Source: Patescibacteria group bacterium
GTDB taxonomy: Bacteria; Patescibacteriota; Patescibacteriia; UBA9934
Reading direction: 5' to 3'
NCBI GenBank assembly: GCA_041660165.1
Contig: JBAZWW010000001.1
Coordinates: forward strand, 28,009 to 92,008
DNA length: 64,000 nt
Shown: positions 9,997 through 19,054 of the stretch, one piece after another
How positions within the stretch are numbered: the first letter of the stretch is position 1
Layout of the letters: the number at the start of each line of letters is the position of its first letter
Notes under the pieces: generated by a model
Seen by the model: the letters and a program-made list of their open reading frames with translations, nothing else
The model's database searches: none
Told to the model about the DNA's origin: nothing
Made by a program: the position numbers and the translations under genes

Positions 9997-11565
9997 ATGC
10001 CCGAACGGCTGAAACGACTGGCCCAGCACCTTGTACCGGAACTGCCTTTTGGCGCTTCGGCCAGCACGGAATTTATTGAGGTCAGCGCCCCGGCTTCCAC
10101 GGCGGCGAGTCTTTATGAAAAGATTCGTAATTCGCTTGAATACCAGGAAGAGCATCTCCTGCGCCGGAACGCTATCTTGCGCATTTTGAAACGGTTCGTG
10201 GGCACGCACTCCACGCTTGAAAGCACGGCCGGCAATTTGTTGCGGGAGCTAGTGTGGGCCAAGTATTTGCCGAATAAAGTAGTGCCGGTTACGTTTGTGC
10301 AACGGATTGCTCCGGTCCTCGCTAAGTATGAGCCCCTGCTGAAAGCGGCCGAGGCATCAGGACCTGAGCAGGATTTTCTTTTTCACTTTGTCCTCGATGT
10401 TCTCGCTACCGAGATCGAATATACGCTCCAACCGCCAAATGTGGATGAGGCGCTGGCCAGTTTCATGTATGAGGAGATGAAGACGCGCACGGAATGGGAT
10501 CCTACGCTGGCTATTTCCGAGGAAGATAGGGATTTGCGTTTTTACGTAGCTGTTCATCGAGCACTCCTGAAATCAACGCCGGCCACTCTGCGTTTTCGAT
10601 TATTTACGCTTTATTATCCAACCTGGAAGGAGACAACGGCTGATGATCCGCTGGTAGCAGAAATTGCTGGTAGTCTTTCTACAGTGGTGTCGGCCATTGA
10701 AGGCCATATCCATCATCCGCTGACGGAGCGATTGACCAGGCTCCTGCGCCGTCGCGCCGGCATTATTCGCGTGCTCGGTGATGTCTTGAAAGGCGCTAAA
10801 GAGGAGACATATGAGGATCCTGAGACGCTTGACCATGCTGTAGCTGAGGCCCTTGATCTTCGTACAAAAGAATTCAGGGTTCGTCTTCGCCGAACGGTCG
10901 TTCGTGCCATCATCTTCCTGGTCATCACTAAAATGTTTTTGGCGCTCTTGCTTGAGGTTCCGTATGACGCGCTTTTCTTCCAGGGCAAAGCTCCGCTCTA
11001 TCCGCTGTTCATTAACATTCTTTTCCACCCCGCATTCTTGGCGGTCCTTTCGCTCACGGTGAAGATTCCGCAAAAGCAGAATGCCGAAGATTATAAGAGT
11101 GCTATTCGCGCGCTGTCCGTGGGTGCTGATCACCCCGCCCTCCATATTCGTGTTCGGCGGGAAACAAGGGGCAGGCGCCAGGTAGTTTTTGATACGATTT
11201 ATGGCGTTCTCTTTTTGGCCGTCTATGGCGCGATTGGTTATGGGTTGCATGCCGGCGGTTTCCATTTGCTATCCGTGGCGCTCTTCCTGTTCTTCATTTC
11301 GCTCGTGACTTTCTTTGCGATTCGCATTCGAACCTCAACCAGAGACATCGTCGCTTCGGATTCCAGGTCCGGTCTTTTTGGCACGATTTTTGACACGCTT
11401 CTCCTGCCGATTGTTCGCGTGGGCGCCTGGTTGAGCGTAAAGGTTTCCAAAATCAACGTCTTCATCTACTTCTTTGACTTCATCATTGAAGCCCCGCTTA
11501 AGGTAGCCATTCAATTCATTGAAGGCTGGCTGGCCTTTGTCCGGGAGAAGCGTGAAGAAATTTAA
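9997..11565 (+). CDS. Hypothetical protein with C-terminal transmembrane helices
   Basis: Long ORF with consistent coding signal. No recognisable motif. Confidence 0.45.
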   Translation: MPERLKRLAQHLVPELPFGASASTEFIEVSAPASTAASLYEKIRNSLEYQEEHLLRRNAILRILKRFVGTHSTLESTAGNLLRELVWAKYLPNKVVPVTFVQRIAPVLAKYEPLLKAAEASGPEQDFLFHFVLDVLATEIEYTLQPPNVDEALASFMYEEMKTRTEWDPTLAISEEDRDLRFYVAVHRALLKSTPATLRFRLFTLYYPTWKETTADDPLVAEIAGSLSTVVSAIEGHIHHPLTERLTRLLRRRAGIIRVLGDVLKGAKEETYEDPETLDHAVAEALDLRTKEFRVRLRRTVVRAIIFLVITKMFLALLLEVPYDALFFQGKAPLYPLFINILFHPAFLAVLSLTVKIPQKQNAEDYKSAIRALSVGADHPALHIRVRRETRGRRQVVFDTIYGVLFLAVYGAIGYGLHAGGFHLLSVALFLFFISLVTFFAIRIRTSTRDIVASDSRSGLFGTIFDTLLLPIVRVGAWLSVKVSKINVFIYFFDFIIEAPLKVAIQFIEGWLAFVREKREEI

Positions 11566-12578
11566 TGTTCAAGCATAAGCGCACACCACTTCGCGTCCTG
11601 CTTGGGGGAGCTGTCTTTCTCCTTCTCTTTTCAACTTCCGTCTACATTGTGGCGGAAGTTTTTGTTCTTCCGCATCCCGTGGTTTTTGGCGTTACCTACT
11701 CGCCTCCGCAGGCTCGCTATCTTGGACTGAACGAGCGTGAAACCTTCTCCAGGATGCTCGACGATTTGCAAGTAAAGTACGTTCGCCTGCCAGTGTATTG
11801 GAACGAAGTACAGAGTGCTCCTGATTGGTTGTACTGGGATGACCTGGATTATTTTATGGCCGAGGCGTCCAAGCGCGGTGTGAACATTACGCTTGTGCTT
11901 GGCCAGAAAGTTCCGCGTTGGCCGGAGTGTCATATCCCCGTTTGGGCGTTGGCCGAGCAGGGAACGCCAAAATATAGCGATGACTTGAATGCGTTCTTGA
12001 AACTTGTCGTCAACCGTTATCAGGACAGCCCCGCGCTGTACCGTTATCAGGTAGAGAACGAACCGCTGTTTCCTTTTGGCAAGTGTCCTTCTCCTGACCT
12101 CGCGCTGTTGAACCAGGAGATTGATACGGTGCGGTCGAGCGATCCAAGCCATCCCGTTCAACTCACGGTCAGCGGTGAACAAGAAGCCTGGCTTGATCTT
12201 GCCCATTCTGCCGATGTCCTTGGCGTTAGCCTCTACCGTGTAGTTTGGAATAGCGCCATTGGCCCCGTGGTCTATCCGCATCCGCCTAGCTGGTACGGCA
12301 TTCAGCGTCTGCTCGTTTTGCCATGGGTGAAGACCGTCATCATTTCCGAATTGCAGGCTGAGCCGTGGTTTGACGGCGGGGTGATACCAACGGATCTAGA
12401 GAAAGCGTATCAGGCTTTTCCCAAGGAGCGCCTGCGGGATCACGTTGCCTTTGCTCGCCGAACCGGCTTCCATGAGGCATACCTGTGGGGCGTGGAATGG
12501 TGGTATTATTTAGAGAAAATGGGCGATGCCCGGCTCTTAAATGAGGCGCGTCGGATCTTTCGCTCCCAGCCGTTATGA
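11565..12578 (+). CDS. Putative glycoside hydrolase (TIM-barrel, GH5/GH113-like), membrane anchored
   Basis: N-terminal TM helix, a VENEP catalytic-like motif and beta/alpha periodicity. Confidence 0.45.
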   Translation: MFKHKRTPLRVLLGGAVFLLLFSTSVYIVAEVFVLPHPVVFGVTYSPPQARYLGLNERETFSRMLDDLQVKYVRLPVYWNEVQSAPDWLYWDDLDYFMAEASKRGVNITLVLGQKVPRWPECHIPVWALAEQGTPKYSDDLNAFLKLVVNRYQDSPALYRYQVENEPLFPFGKCPSPDLALLNQEIDTVRSSDPSHPVQLTVSGEQEAWLDLAHSADVLGVSLYRVVWNSAIGPVVYPHPPSWYGIQRLLVLPWVKTVIISELQAEPWFDGGVIPTDLEKAYQAFPKERLRDHVAFARRTGFHEAYLWGVEWWYYLEKMGDARLLNEARRIFRSQPL

Positions 12579-13957
12579 CCTACGACTTTGAGGTGATCAT
12601 TATTGGCGGAGGCTCGGCTGGCTTAGCGGCCGTGGAGGGCGCCAAGGAAGCTGGCGCCCGGCGGATTGCGGTGATTGAAAACCGTGATCTTGGGGGCGAG
12701 TGTCCCAGACGCGCCTGTGTACCAACGAAAGCTCTGCTCTCGGCCTCGAAGCTGTATCACGCCATGCGGAAAGACTCCGCGCTCATGGGCATTCGGGCCA
12801 GCGGAATCTCGATTGATCTCCAGGCTGTCATGAAGCGGAAGGACGCGGTTGTCTCTACCATCGTTGGCGGTAAAAGGCTGGAAAAAATGCTTCAGCAAAA
12901 AGGCGTTGAGCTTATTCGCGGAACCTCGGCCTTTGAGGATGCGCACACTCTGCGTGCTGGTTCGCGGGTCATAACGGCCTCCGCTTTTGTCATTGCTACT
13001 GGCTCTGTTGACGTGATTCCTGACATTCCAGGCCTCAATAAGGTGGATTATTTGACGTACGAGCATTTGGTCGATCTGCAAAAATTGCCCAGCTCGATTG
13101 CGATAATTGGCGCCGGCCCCGTTGGTTGCGAATTCGCTACGTTCTTTGGCCAGCTAGGCGTCAAAACGTACCTCATTCAAGCGGGCGCGCATATTCTGTC
13201 CCGAGAAGATGAGGAGCTAGCGATTATTGCGGAAGCTCAACTGAAAGCGCTCGGCGTCACGGTCCTTGCCAATACAAAAACGCTGAACGTCAAAGAAGAG
13301 GGGAAGTCTGTGGTCATCACTTATCAAACCGGCCGGCGCCCTCGGGCAAAGCTGAAAGTGGCCGAACTAGCCTTGGCTGTGGGCAAGCGTCCCAACACGG
13401 TCGGGCTCGCGCTCGTTACTGCGGGCATCAAAACTGATGCCAAAGGACGGATTGCCGTGAACAACATGCTTCACACCAATGCTCGGCATATCTTTTTAGC
13501 CGGTGATGTTTCGTCAAGGTTCCTCTTTACGCATACCGCCCATTACGAAGGCTACATTGCAGGTTGGAACGCTGGCCGAGTACTCGATAGAAAATCCCAG
13601 CTGGCCACGGATCTTTTGGTCGTACCTCGCGTCACCTTCATTGACCCGGAACTCGCGAGCGTGGGCCTGACCGCCAAAGAAGCGATTGACGCCGGATTTT
13701 CGATTCGTGTTCTGAAAGCACCCATGCGTTATCTCGGCCGTTCCGCCGTTGATGGCAAGCGCGAGGGCTTGTTCAAGGTTATCCTCGACCAAAAAACCGA
13801 TCTTATTCTCGGTGCGCACATGCTCGGCGAACGCGCGGGGGAGGTCATGCAAGAGCTTGCTTTGGCTATGCGTTCCGGGATACCGTTTAGCGCTGTCCAG
13901 TCTGCTATCCGCGCCTATCCAACGTATTCGGAAATTATCGCGTTGGCGCGGGAATAA
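12575..13957 (+). CDS. FAD-dependent pyridine nucleotide-disulfide oxidoreductase (Lpd/mercuric reductase/glutathione reductase family)
   Basis: IIGGGSAGLAA, redox CxxxxC in GGECPRRACVPTK, a second Rossmann IIGAGPVGCE and a C-terminal dimerisation domain. Confidence 0.85.
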   Translation: MTYDFEVIIIGGGSAGLAAVEGAKEAGARRIAVIENRDLGGECPRRACVPTKALLSASKLYHAMRKDSALMGIRASGISIDLQAVMKRKDAVVSTIVGGKRLEKMLQQKGVELIRGTSAFEDAHTLRAGSRVITASAFVIATGSVDVIPDIPGLNKVDYLTYEHLVDLQKLPSSIAIIGAGPVGCEFATFFGQLGVKTYLIQAGAHILSREDEELAIIAEAQLKALGVTVLANTKTLNVKEEGKSVVITYQTGRRPRAKLKVAELALAVGKRPNTVGLALVTAGIKTDAKGRIAVNNMLHTNARHIFLAGDVSSRFLFTHTAHYEGYIAGWNAGRVLDRKSQLATDLLVVPRVTFIDPELASVGLTAKEAIDAGFSIRVLKAPMRYLGRSAVDGKREGLFKVILDQKTDLILGAHMLGERAGEVMQELALAMRSGIPFSAVQSAIRAYPTYSEIIALARE

Positions 13958-13958
13958 T

Positions 13959-14495
13959 ATGAAAATGAAAATAGAGGAAGAAAAATTGCAAAAACTTAAA
14001 GAACAAAGCGCTAAGTTCTGGCTGACCATCACTCGTACGCGTCCGGCTTGGGGCATGATCCCCGTGCGCATCGTTTTTGGCGTCATGTTGGTTCTTGAGG
14101 GCATCTCGCGCTTCACGTTCGTTAGGCACAACCGTGATTCGCTCATTGCGCAACTGCCTCATGAATGGCAGATCTTATTTATTGTCGTTTTTTCTGTGGT
14201 CGAAATTATTGGCGGGGCCATGGCCGTTCCTGGCGTGATGACGCGGTTTGTTGGCATGGCCATTTTGGTTGAAATGTTTTTTGCGATTATGTTTGAGCGC
14301 ATCCCTTTTGCTTTCACGCATGATCTTCAGGCGCAGATTCTTTTGGTCGGTATCGCCTCCCTTCTCATGTTTTCCGGTCCCGGCAGGTATTCAGTGGACG
14401 GCCTCATCGCTCGAAAGATTTTGAAAAAATACCCCATTGAAAAATGGAAGGTCTACGTCTACGCAGAGACCCCGCTCACGAAATGGTATGAGTAG
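13959..14495 (+). CDS. DoxX-family membrane protein
   Basis: WGMIPVRIVFGVMLVLEGISRF and 4 TM helices. The ATG at 13959 lies directly after the upstream stop; the ORF-track start 13749 lies inside the previous gene. Confidence 0.6.
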   Translation: MKMKIEEEKLQKLKEQSAKFWLTITRTRPAWGMIPVRIVFGVMLVLEGISRFTFVRHNRDSLIAQLPHEWQILFIVVFSVVEIIGGAMAVPGVMTRFVGMAILVEMFFAIMFERIPFAFTHDLQAQILLVGIASLLMFSGPGRYSVDGLIARKILKKYPIEKWKVYVYAETPLTKWYE

Positions 14496-14497
14496 CT

Positions 14498-14560
14498 CCC
14501 ATCCCGAGCCATGCGAGGGATCCGACTTTCTCTGGCGAAGTGGGGATAAGATGGTCTATT
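14498..14560 (+). repeat. Intergenic repeat family (core gagc[ct]atgcga[ag]gg...tccgactttc), copy A, directly after a stop codon
   Basis: ctcccatcccgagccatgcgagggatccgactttc... Confidence 0.55.
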
Positions 14561-14621
14561 ACCCCCCCCATGTTATGCTTCTCATAACTCATAATTCATA
14601 ACTCACTCAGGTCTTTCTCAT

Positions 14622-15389
14622 ATGAAATATCTTCTCTCGGCCTTTCTTCTTGCCTTGTCCTTCGCCCCTCTCGCCGCCCAGGCGGACATCGCTCCGGACC
14701 CCGGCACGCATGAGTGGTCTACGCACGCCATGTTTGATAATCTGGCCGATTACCCAAGGTATGACGTGTACGTGAGTGAAAATTGGCGATTTGGGCCATC
14801 GCTTGTACTAGCGAGTGATGCAGTAGCGCCCACGCCTGAGCAGGCTCTTGGCACTGGTCATCCGTCTTCCGAGGGGACGCCGTTTATTGCTGTTAAACAG
14901 AGCAATCAAGCAAAAATCTTTCATCAAGATGATCCTGGCCAGGAACACGGTGATTTGTGGGACATCCTTCCTGAGAATCAGCAATATTTTATTAAAGCCG
15001 TTGTAACCGGTCAGGGCGCGGACATGTCTAAGGAAACGCTAATGAACGGCTCACTGCCAGATTCAAACCACACCAATTACATTGCCTACGTTTATCACAT
15101 TGATAGTTTGACGGACACGGCTTTCACGGTTCATTTTGTGAGCGAGTCCAGGCTCGATAAAACCGGGGTGCTCATCAGCGGTCCGAATTTAAGCAAAGCT
15201 TCCATCAGCACCGATCAGATCATAGCCGGCGTTCCCGCACTACCAGCGCCCTTTGATAACGGCAATAACGGCCGAGTCATAGTTGCTTCGCCGGCGGTAG
15301 CCATGTCTCCTTTTGCACTCATCTGGATTGTCATCGTTTGCATGGGAGCCATCATCCTAGCTCTGGCCATTAAGACATGGAAGAAATAA
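14622..15389 (+). CDS. Secreted or cell-surface hypothetical protein
   Basis: Signal peptide MKYLLSAFLLALSFAPLAAQA and a C-terminal TM anchor. Confidence 0.5.
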   Translation: MKYLLSAFLLALSFAPLAAQADIAPDPGTHEWSTHAMFDNLADYPRYDVYVSENWRFGPSLVLASDAVAPTPEQALGTGHPSSEGTPFIAVKQSNQAKIFHQDDPGQEHGDLWDILPENQQYFIKAVVTGQGADMSKETLMNGSLPDSNHTNYIAYVYHIDSLTDTAFTVHFVSESRLDKTGVLISGPNLSKASISTDQIIAGVPALPAPFDNGNNGRVIVASPAVAMSPFALIWIVIVCMGAIILALAIKTWKK

Positions 15390-15682
15390 AGTTCCTCATC
15401 TTAACGATCATTGTTGAGCTACCCGTTGCTTTGCTTTTTCTGCGGAAAGAAGACTGGCGGCGGGTGGCTTTTGTGGTTCTCGGCGTCAACATGATTTCGC
15501 ATCCCATTGTGTGGCAGTTGATTTTTTATCATCAGGTAAATTGGTTCATGGCCGAGTTCGGGGTCGCGGTGTTCGAGGGTCTCGTTTTTGCCGTTATTTT
15601 TAGGGATCGTCGAGTCCTCGCTGCCCTTGCGGCCGTTTCGATGAACGTTTTTTCGGCTGCCATCGGATACATTTGTTTCTAA
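15377..15682 (+). CDS. Small hypothetical membrane protein
   Basis: Three hydrophobic helices. It overlaps the upstream gene by 13 nt. Confidence 0.4.
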   Translation: MEEIKFLILTIIVELPVALLFLRKEDWRRVAFVVLGVNMISHPIVWQLIFYHQVNWFMAEFGVAVFEGLVFAVIFRDRRVLAALAAVSMNVFSAAIGYICF

Positions 15683-15683
15683 T

Positions 15684-15800
15684 CCCATCCTGAGCCATGC
15701 GAAGGCTCGCCCGTAGGGCTACGCCCGAGGGATCCGACTTTCCCTGCGAGACGCCGGGAAGGTCGGGCTCTTCGCTCTCGCTCAGAGTGGAGATAACCTG
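15684..15800 (+). repeat. Same intergenic repeat family, copy B, with a 25-bp internal insertion
   Basis: tcccatcctgagccatgcgaagg[gctcgcccgtagggctacgcccga]gggatccgactttc... Confidence 0.55.
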
Positions 15801-15836
15801 ACACCTGTTGGTTCTCTATGCTACCCTGTAAACGCT

Positions 15837-16412
15837 ATGAACAACGAAGTCGTCTTGGACATTGAAACGCAGAATACCTTTGACGAAGTGGGCGGTTATT
15901 TTACGGATAAACTGAAAGTTTCTCTCGTCGGCGTTTATTTTTATGAAACCGATACGTACGAGTCGTTCCTCGAACCAGATCTTCCGAAATTGTTCGCTCG
16001 GCTTGAGAGGTCTGGCCGGATCATTGGCTACAACTCTATAGGCTTTGACATGCCGGTCCTCAATAATTACTACACGGGAAATTTGCTGAATCTGCCCCAG
16101 CTCGACATGCTCGCCCATATCAACAAAGCGCTCGGCTACCGCATCAAGCTTGACGCCGTTGGCCAGGCAACGGTTGGCATCGAAAAGAGCGCGCACGGTT
16201 TGCAGGCGGTGGCCTGGTGGAAGGAGGGTAATATTGAGGCCATTCGCGAGTATTGTCTGCAGGACGTAAAAGTGACTAAGGAAGTGTATGAGTTTGGCCG
16301 AAAGAACGGCTATCTATTATTCGATAACCGTCAGGGCGAGCGTCAGGCCATCCCCATTGACTTCTCCGAAGTAAAGCCATTGACCACCGTCAACATGACG
16401 TTGGGTCTCTAG
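15837..16412 (+). CDS. DEDD-family 3'-5' exonuclease (DnaQ-like)
   Basis: Exo I VLDIETQ, Exo II YNSIGFDMPVL and Exo III YCLQDV. Confidence 0.75.
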   Translation: MNNEVVLDIETQNTFDEVGGYFTDKLKVSLVGVYFYETDTYESFLEPDLPKLFARLERSGRIIGYNSIGFDMPVLNNYYTGNLLNLPQLDMLAHINKALGYRIKLDAVGQATVGIEKSAHGLQAVAWWKEGNIEAIREYCLQDVKVTKEVYEFGRKNGYLLFDNRQGERQAIPIDFSEVKPLTTVNMTLGL

Positions 16413-16451
16413 TCTTGACGGTCAATTAGACATAGAATATTATGTCAGTAT

Positions 16452-16727
16452 ATGAACCCCGTAGCCATTACCTATTCTGTTAGAGACCTTCAGCGCAACT
16501 ATCGAGCGGTTATTGATGATGCGAAACGGACGAAGGACGCTATTGTCCTCATCAATAACAGTGTGCCCGAAGCGGTCTTGCTGGATGTTGAAACATATAA
16601 CGCGCTGGTAGTTGATGACTATCCGTGGGACGTACCATTTACTGAAAAACAGGTGAAGGAGGCTATGGCTTCTAGTAAGGCCGGCAGGGTTCGTCGACTA
16701 AAGTCTGTTAATGATCTCGACAAGTAA
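16452..16727 (+). CDS. Type II antitoxin, Phd/YefM family
   Basis: VRDLQRNYRAVIDDAKRTKDAIVLINNSVPEAVLLDVETYNAL. Confidence 0.75.
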   Translation: MNPVAITYSVRDLQRNYRAVIDDAKRTKDAIVLINNSVPEAVLLDVETYNALVVDDYPWDVPFTEKQVKEAMASSKAGRVRRLKSVNDLDK

Positions 16728-17004
16728 TATGACTCTTGTCCTCGACTCAACGACAGAATTCGATCGAGACTATAAGAAGCTCCAGCGACCATTGCAACTT
16801 TTAACAAAAGAACGACTAAATATTTTTATCGAAGATCCGTTCGCTCGTACGCTTAAGACTCACAAGCTTTCCGGAAATTATCAGGATGTTTGGGCATTTT
16901 CCGTAGATCACCGATATCGGGTATTGTTTTGGTTTTCAAGTAAGGGTGTAGCTGAGCTTCTCCGAGTTGATGACCACTCTGTTTACAGAAAAATGAAAGC
17001 ATAA
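16711..17004 (+). CDS. Type II toxin, RelE/ParE (YoeB-like) family
   Basis: KLSGNYQDVWAFSVDHRYRVLF. It overlaps the antitoxin 3' end. Confidence 0.7.
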   Translation: MISTSNMTLVLDSTTEFDRDYKKLQRPLQLLTKERLNIFIEDPFARTLKTHKLSGNYQDVWAFSVDHRYRVLFWFSSKGVAELLRVDDHSVYRKMKA

Positions 17005-17007
17005 TGT

Positions 17008-17757
17008 ATGCGGAAGGCTTGTTTCTTCATTATCGCTCTTGCTTTCTTGGCTTCATTTGTCGGCGCGGTGTTGCTATTGCGATCAAGGTTGCCCGATGGC
17101 GTAGAACGGCGAGTAACGGCGATCAATGATCGGAAAGTAGCGTTTGATCTCATAAACCTCACGGCGGGCGGATATACGTTTGAGAACGTCCTCGATTCAA
17201 CGAGTCCGAAAAGCGTCCAGTCCTGGCGTGAAAATTTGGGTGCGGATATTGTTTTCAACTCTGCATATTTTAATGGGGCGAATGAACCAACGGGTTACTA
17301 CGCTCTGCCAGCTTCTCCGAGCATTACTCCTTGGCCGAGCGTGAAGGAACAAGCTGATACGGCTAGCTACTCGTTTCTTGTGCAAATTGTCGAGGGGAAA
17401 TTGAGGCTCGGTTACTTGCCCAGCTCGCCAACGACTGAAGCTCCGATGAATGCCTTTCTCTCATTTCCTACACTTCTCGCTGACGGCCAAGTGCTCGTAA
17501 AGTCTGACTCCGGCAGTCTGGCCTCCCGCACCATGCTGGCTCAGGATCCCCGCGGAAATATTTTTCTCATTGTTACCGAGAAAGCCCCCTTGTCTTTGTT
17601 CGAGTCCGCTCAGTGGCTTTCACAACAGCCCGAACACTTCATCTTGGCCGGCAATCTGGATGGCGGTCCCTCAACGGGCCTCTCCATCACTGACGGCAAG
17701 CACGTCCTTAACGAACCATCCGCGCCTATCCCAAACGTGATCGCAGGCTCCCGTTGA
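17008..17757 (+). CDS. Phosphodiester glycosidase family protein (DUF2233-like)
   Basis: N-terminal TM helix and a C-terminal NLDGGPSTGL motif of the NAGPA-like family. Confidence 0.5.
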   Translation: MRKACFFIIALAFLASFVGAVLLLRSRLPDGVERRVTAINDRKVAFDLINLTAGGYTFENVLDSTSPKSVQSWRENLGADIVFNSAYFNGANEPTGYYALPASPSITPWPSVKEQADTASYSFLVQIVEGKLRLGYLPSSPTTEAPMNAFLSFPTLLADGQVLVKSDSGSLASRTMLAQDPRGNIFLIVTEKAPLSLFESAQWLSQQPEHFILAGNLDGGPSTGLSITDGKHVLNEPSAPIPNVIAGSR

Positions 17758-17869
17758 ACTTACTTTTCACGACGCAACGCGCGCCTCGGCGCTCATCTTC
17801 GCGGGGTTTGGGCCTTATCCCCAAGAGACTGACCAACACTACGGGTAGTGGTATACTGATTGGGCAGTC

Positions 17870-17883
17870 CACAACATGTTGTG
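17870..17883. promoter_or_regulatory. Perfect 14-bp palindrome cacaacatgttgtg (NrdR-box-like) overlapping a TATACT -10-like hexamer upstream of nrdB
   Basis: Seen in the sequence. It resembles the NrdR box consensus acaCwAtATaTwGtgt. Confidence 0.4.
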
Positions 17884-18043
17884 TACGGTCGTCAGTGGGG
17901 GAATCCATAGTAAATGGACCCCGTTAGGGTCTTTTTTCATCATTAAGAGCTCCGTCGAGTGAGGAAGGAGAGGTTGGAATATTCTTTAAAGAATTTATTC
18001 AATCCTCTACCTCCTCTCCCTCCTCTGCCGTCTTTTTCTCTTT

Positions 18044-19054
18044 ATGGCTTCCCTCGCTATGTATCAGACCTCGCTCCAGACCTTTGTCACGCCTCAAGCT
18101 GGAAAAACGTCTACGCTTCTGACACCCAGAAAGGTGTACCGGCCATTTGAATACCCGCAGTACTACGAATATTTCCAAAAACAGAACCAGGCGCACTGGC
18201 TTCCTACAGAAGTGCCCATGGAAAGCGATATTGCTGACTATCGTTTTCGGCTTACAAAAGAAGAATCAAACCTCATCATCCAAATTCTTCGTTTCTTCAC
18301 TCAAGGAGACATTGAAGTAAACAATAATTACAACCAGCGCCTGATTCCAGCTTTTCCAAAGCCAGAAATCAAGATGATGCTCTCTGCTTTTGCCGCCATG
18401 GAAAGCGTTCATGTGTGGGCCTACTCGTACTTGAATGACTCCCTCGGCCTTCCAGAAAAAGAGTATTCAGCGTTTCTTGAGTTTGCCTCAATGAAGGCCA
18501 AGTACGACTACATTCAGCAGTTTGACGTGCATAACGTAGAAGAGCTCGCTACGAACCTGGCAGTCTTTGGTGGGTTCATGGAAGGCGTGAGCCTTTTCTC
18601 ATCCTTTGCCATCCTTATGAACTTCCCGCGCATGGGCAAGATGAAGGGCGTGGGCCAGATTGTCACCTGGAGTATTCGAGATGAAAGCTTGCACAGCAAA
18701 GGCGTCTGCCACATGTTCCGGGATTTGATCGCCGAAAATCGTTATCTTTGGACAGACGCTTTCCGCAAACGGCTCGTCAGTGCGTGTGATGACATGGTCA
18801 AGCTCGAAGATAACTTTATCGACACCTGTTTTGACCTGGGTGCTGTGGCCGGGCTCAAGCCGGAAGATGTGAAACAGTACATTCGCTACATTGCCGACCG
18901 CCGGTTGAATGACCTTGGCCTCGACGCCATTTACAATGTGATAAATCCGCTTGAATGGCTGGATACGATGATTAACGCCAAAGAACACACAAACTTCTTT
19001 GAGAATAGGGCGACGGAATATTCTAAAGGTGCGGTCTTAGAAGATTGGACATAA
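18044..19054 (+). CDS. nrdB: Class I ribonucleotide reductase small (beta, R2) subunit
   Basis: Ferritin-like di-iron/tyrosyl-radical fold: LAVFGGFMEGVSLFSSFA and WSIRDESLHSKGVCHMF. I cannot tell Ia from Ib. Confidence 0.85.
   Translation: MASLAMYQTSLQTFVTPQAGKTSTLLTPRKVYRPFEYPQYYEYFQKQNQAHWLPTEVPMESDIADYRFRLTKEESNLIIQILRFFTQGDIEVNNNYNQRLIPAFPKPEIKMMLSAFAAMESVHVWAYSYLNDSLGLPEKEYSAFLEFASMKAKYDYIQQFDVHNVEELATNLAVFGGFMEGVSLFSSFAILMNFPRMGKMKGVGQIVTWSIRDESLHSKGVCHMFRDLIAENRYLWTDAFRKRLVSACDDMVKLEDNFIDTCFDLGAVAGLKPEDVKQYIRYIADRRLNDLGLDAIYNVINPLEWLDTMINAKEHTNFFENRATEYSKGAVLEDWT

Noticed and set aside
10600-12281. - strand ORFs of 221 aa and 216 aa
   Set aside because: They are antisense to better-supported + strand genes in an otherwise + strand operon.
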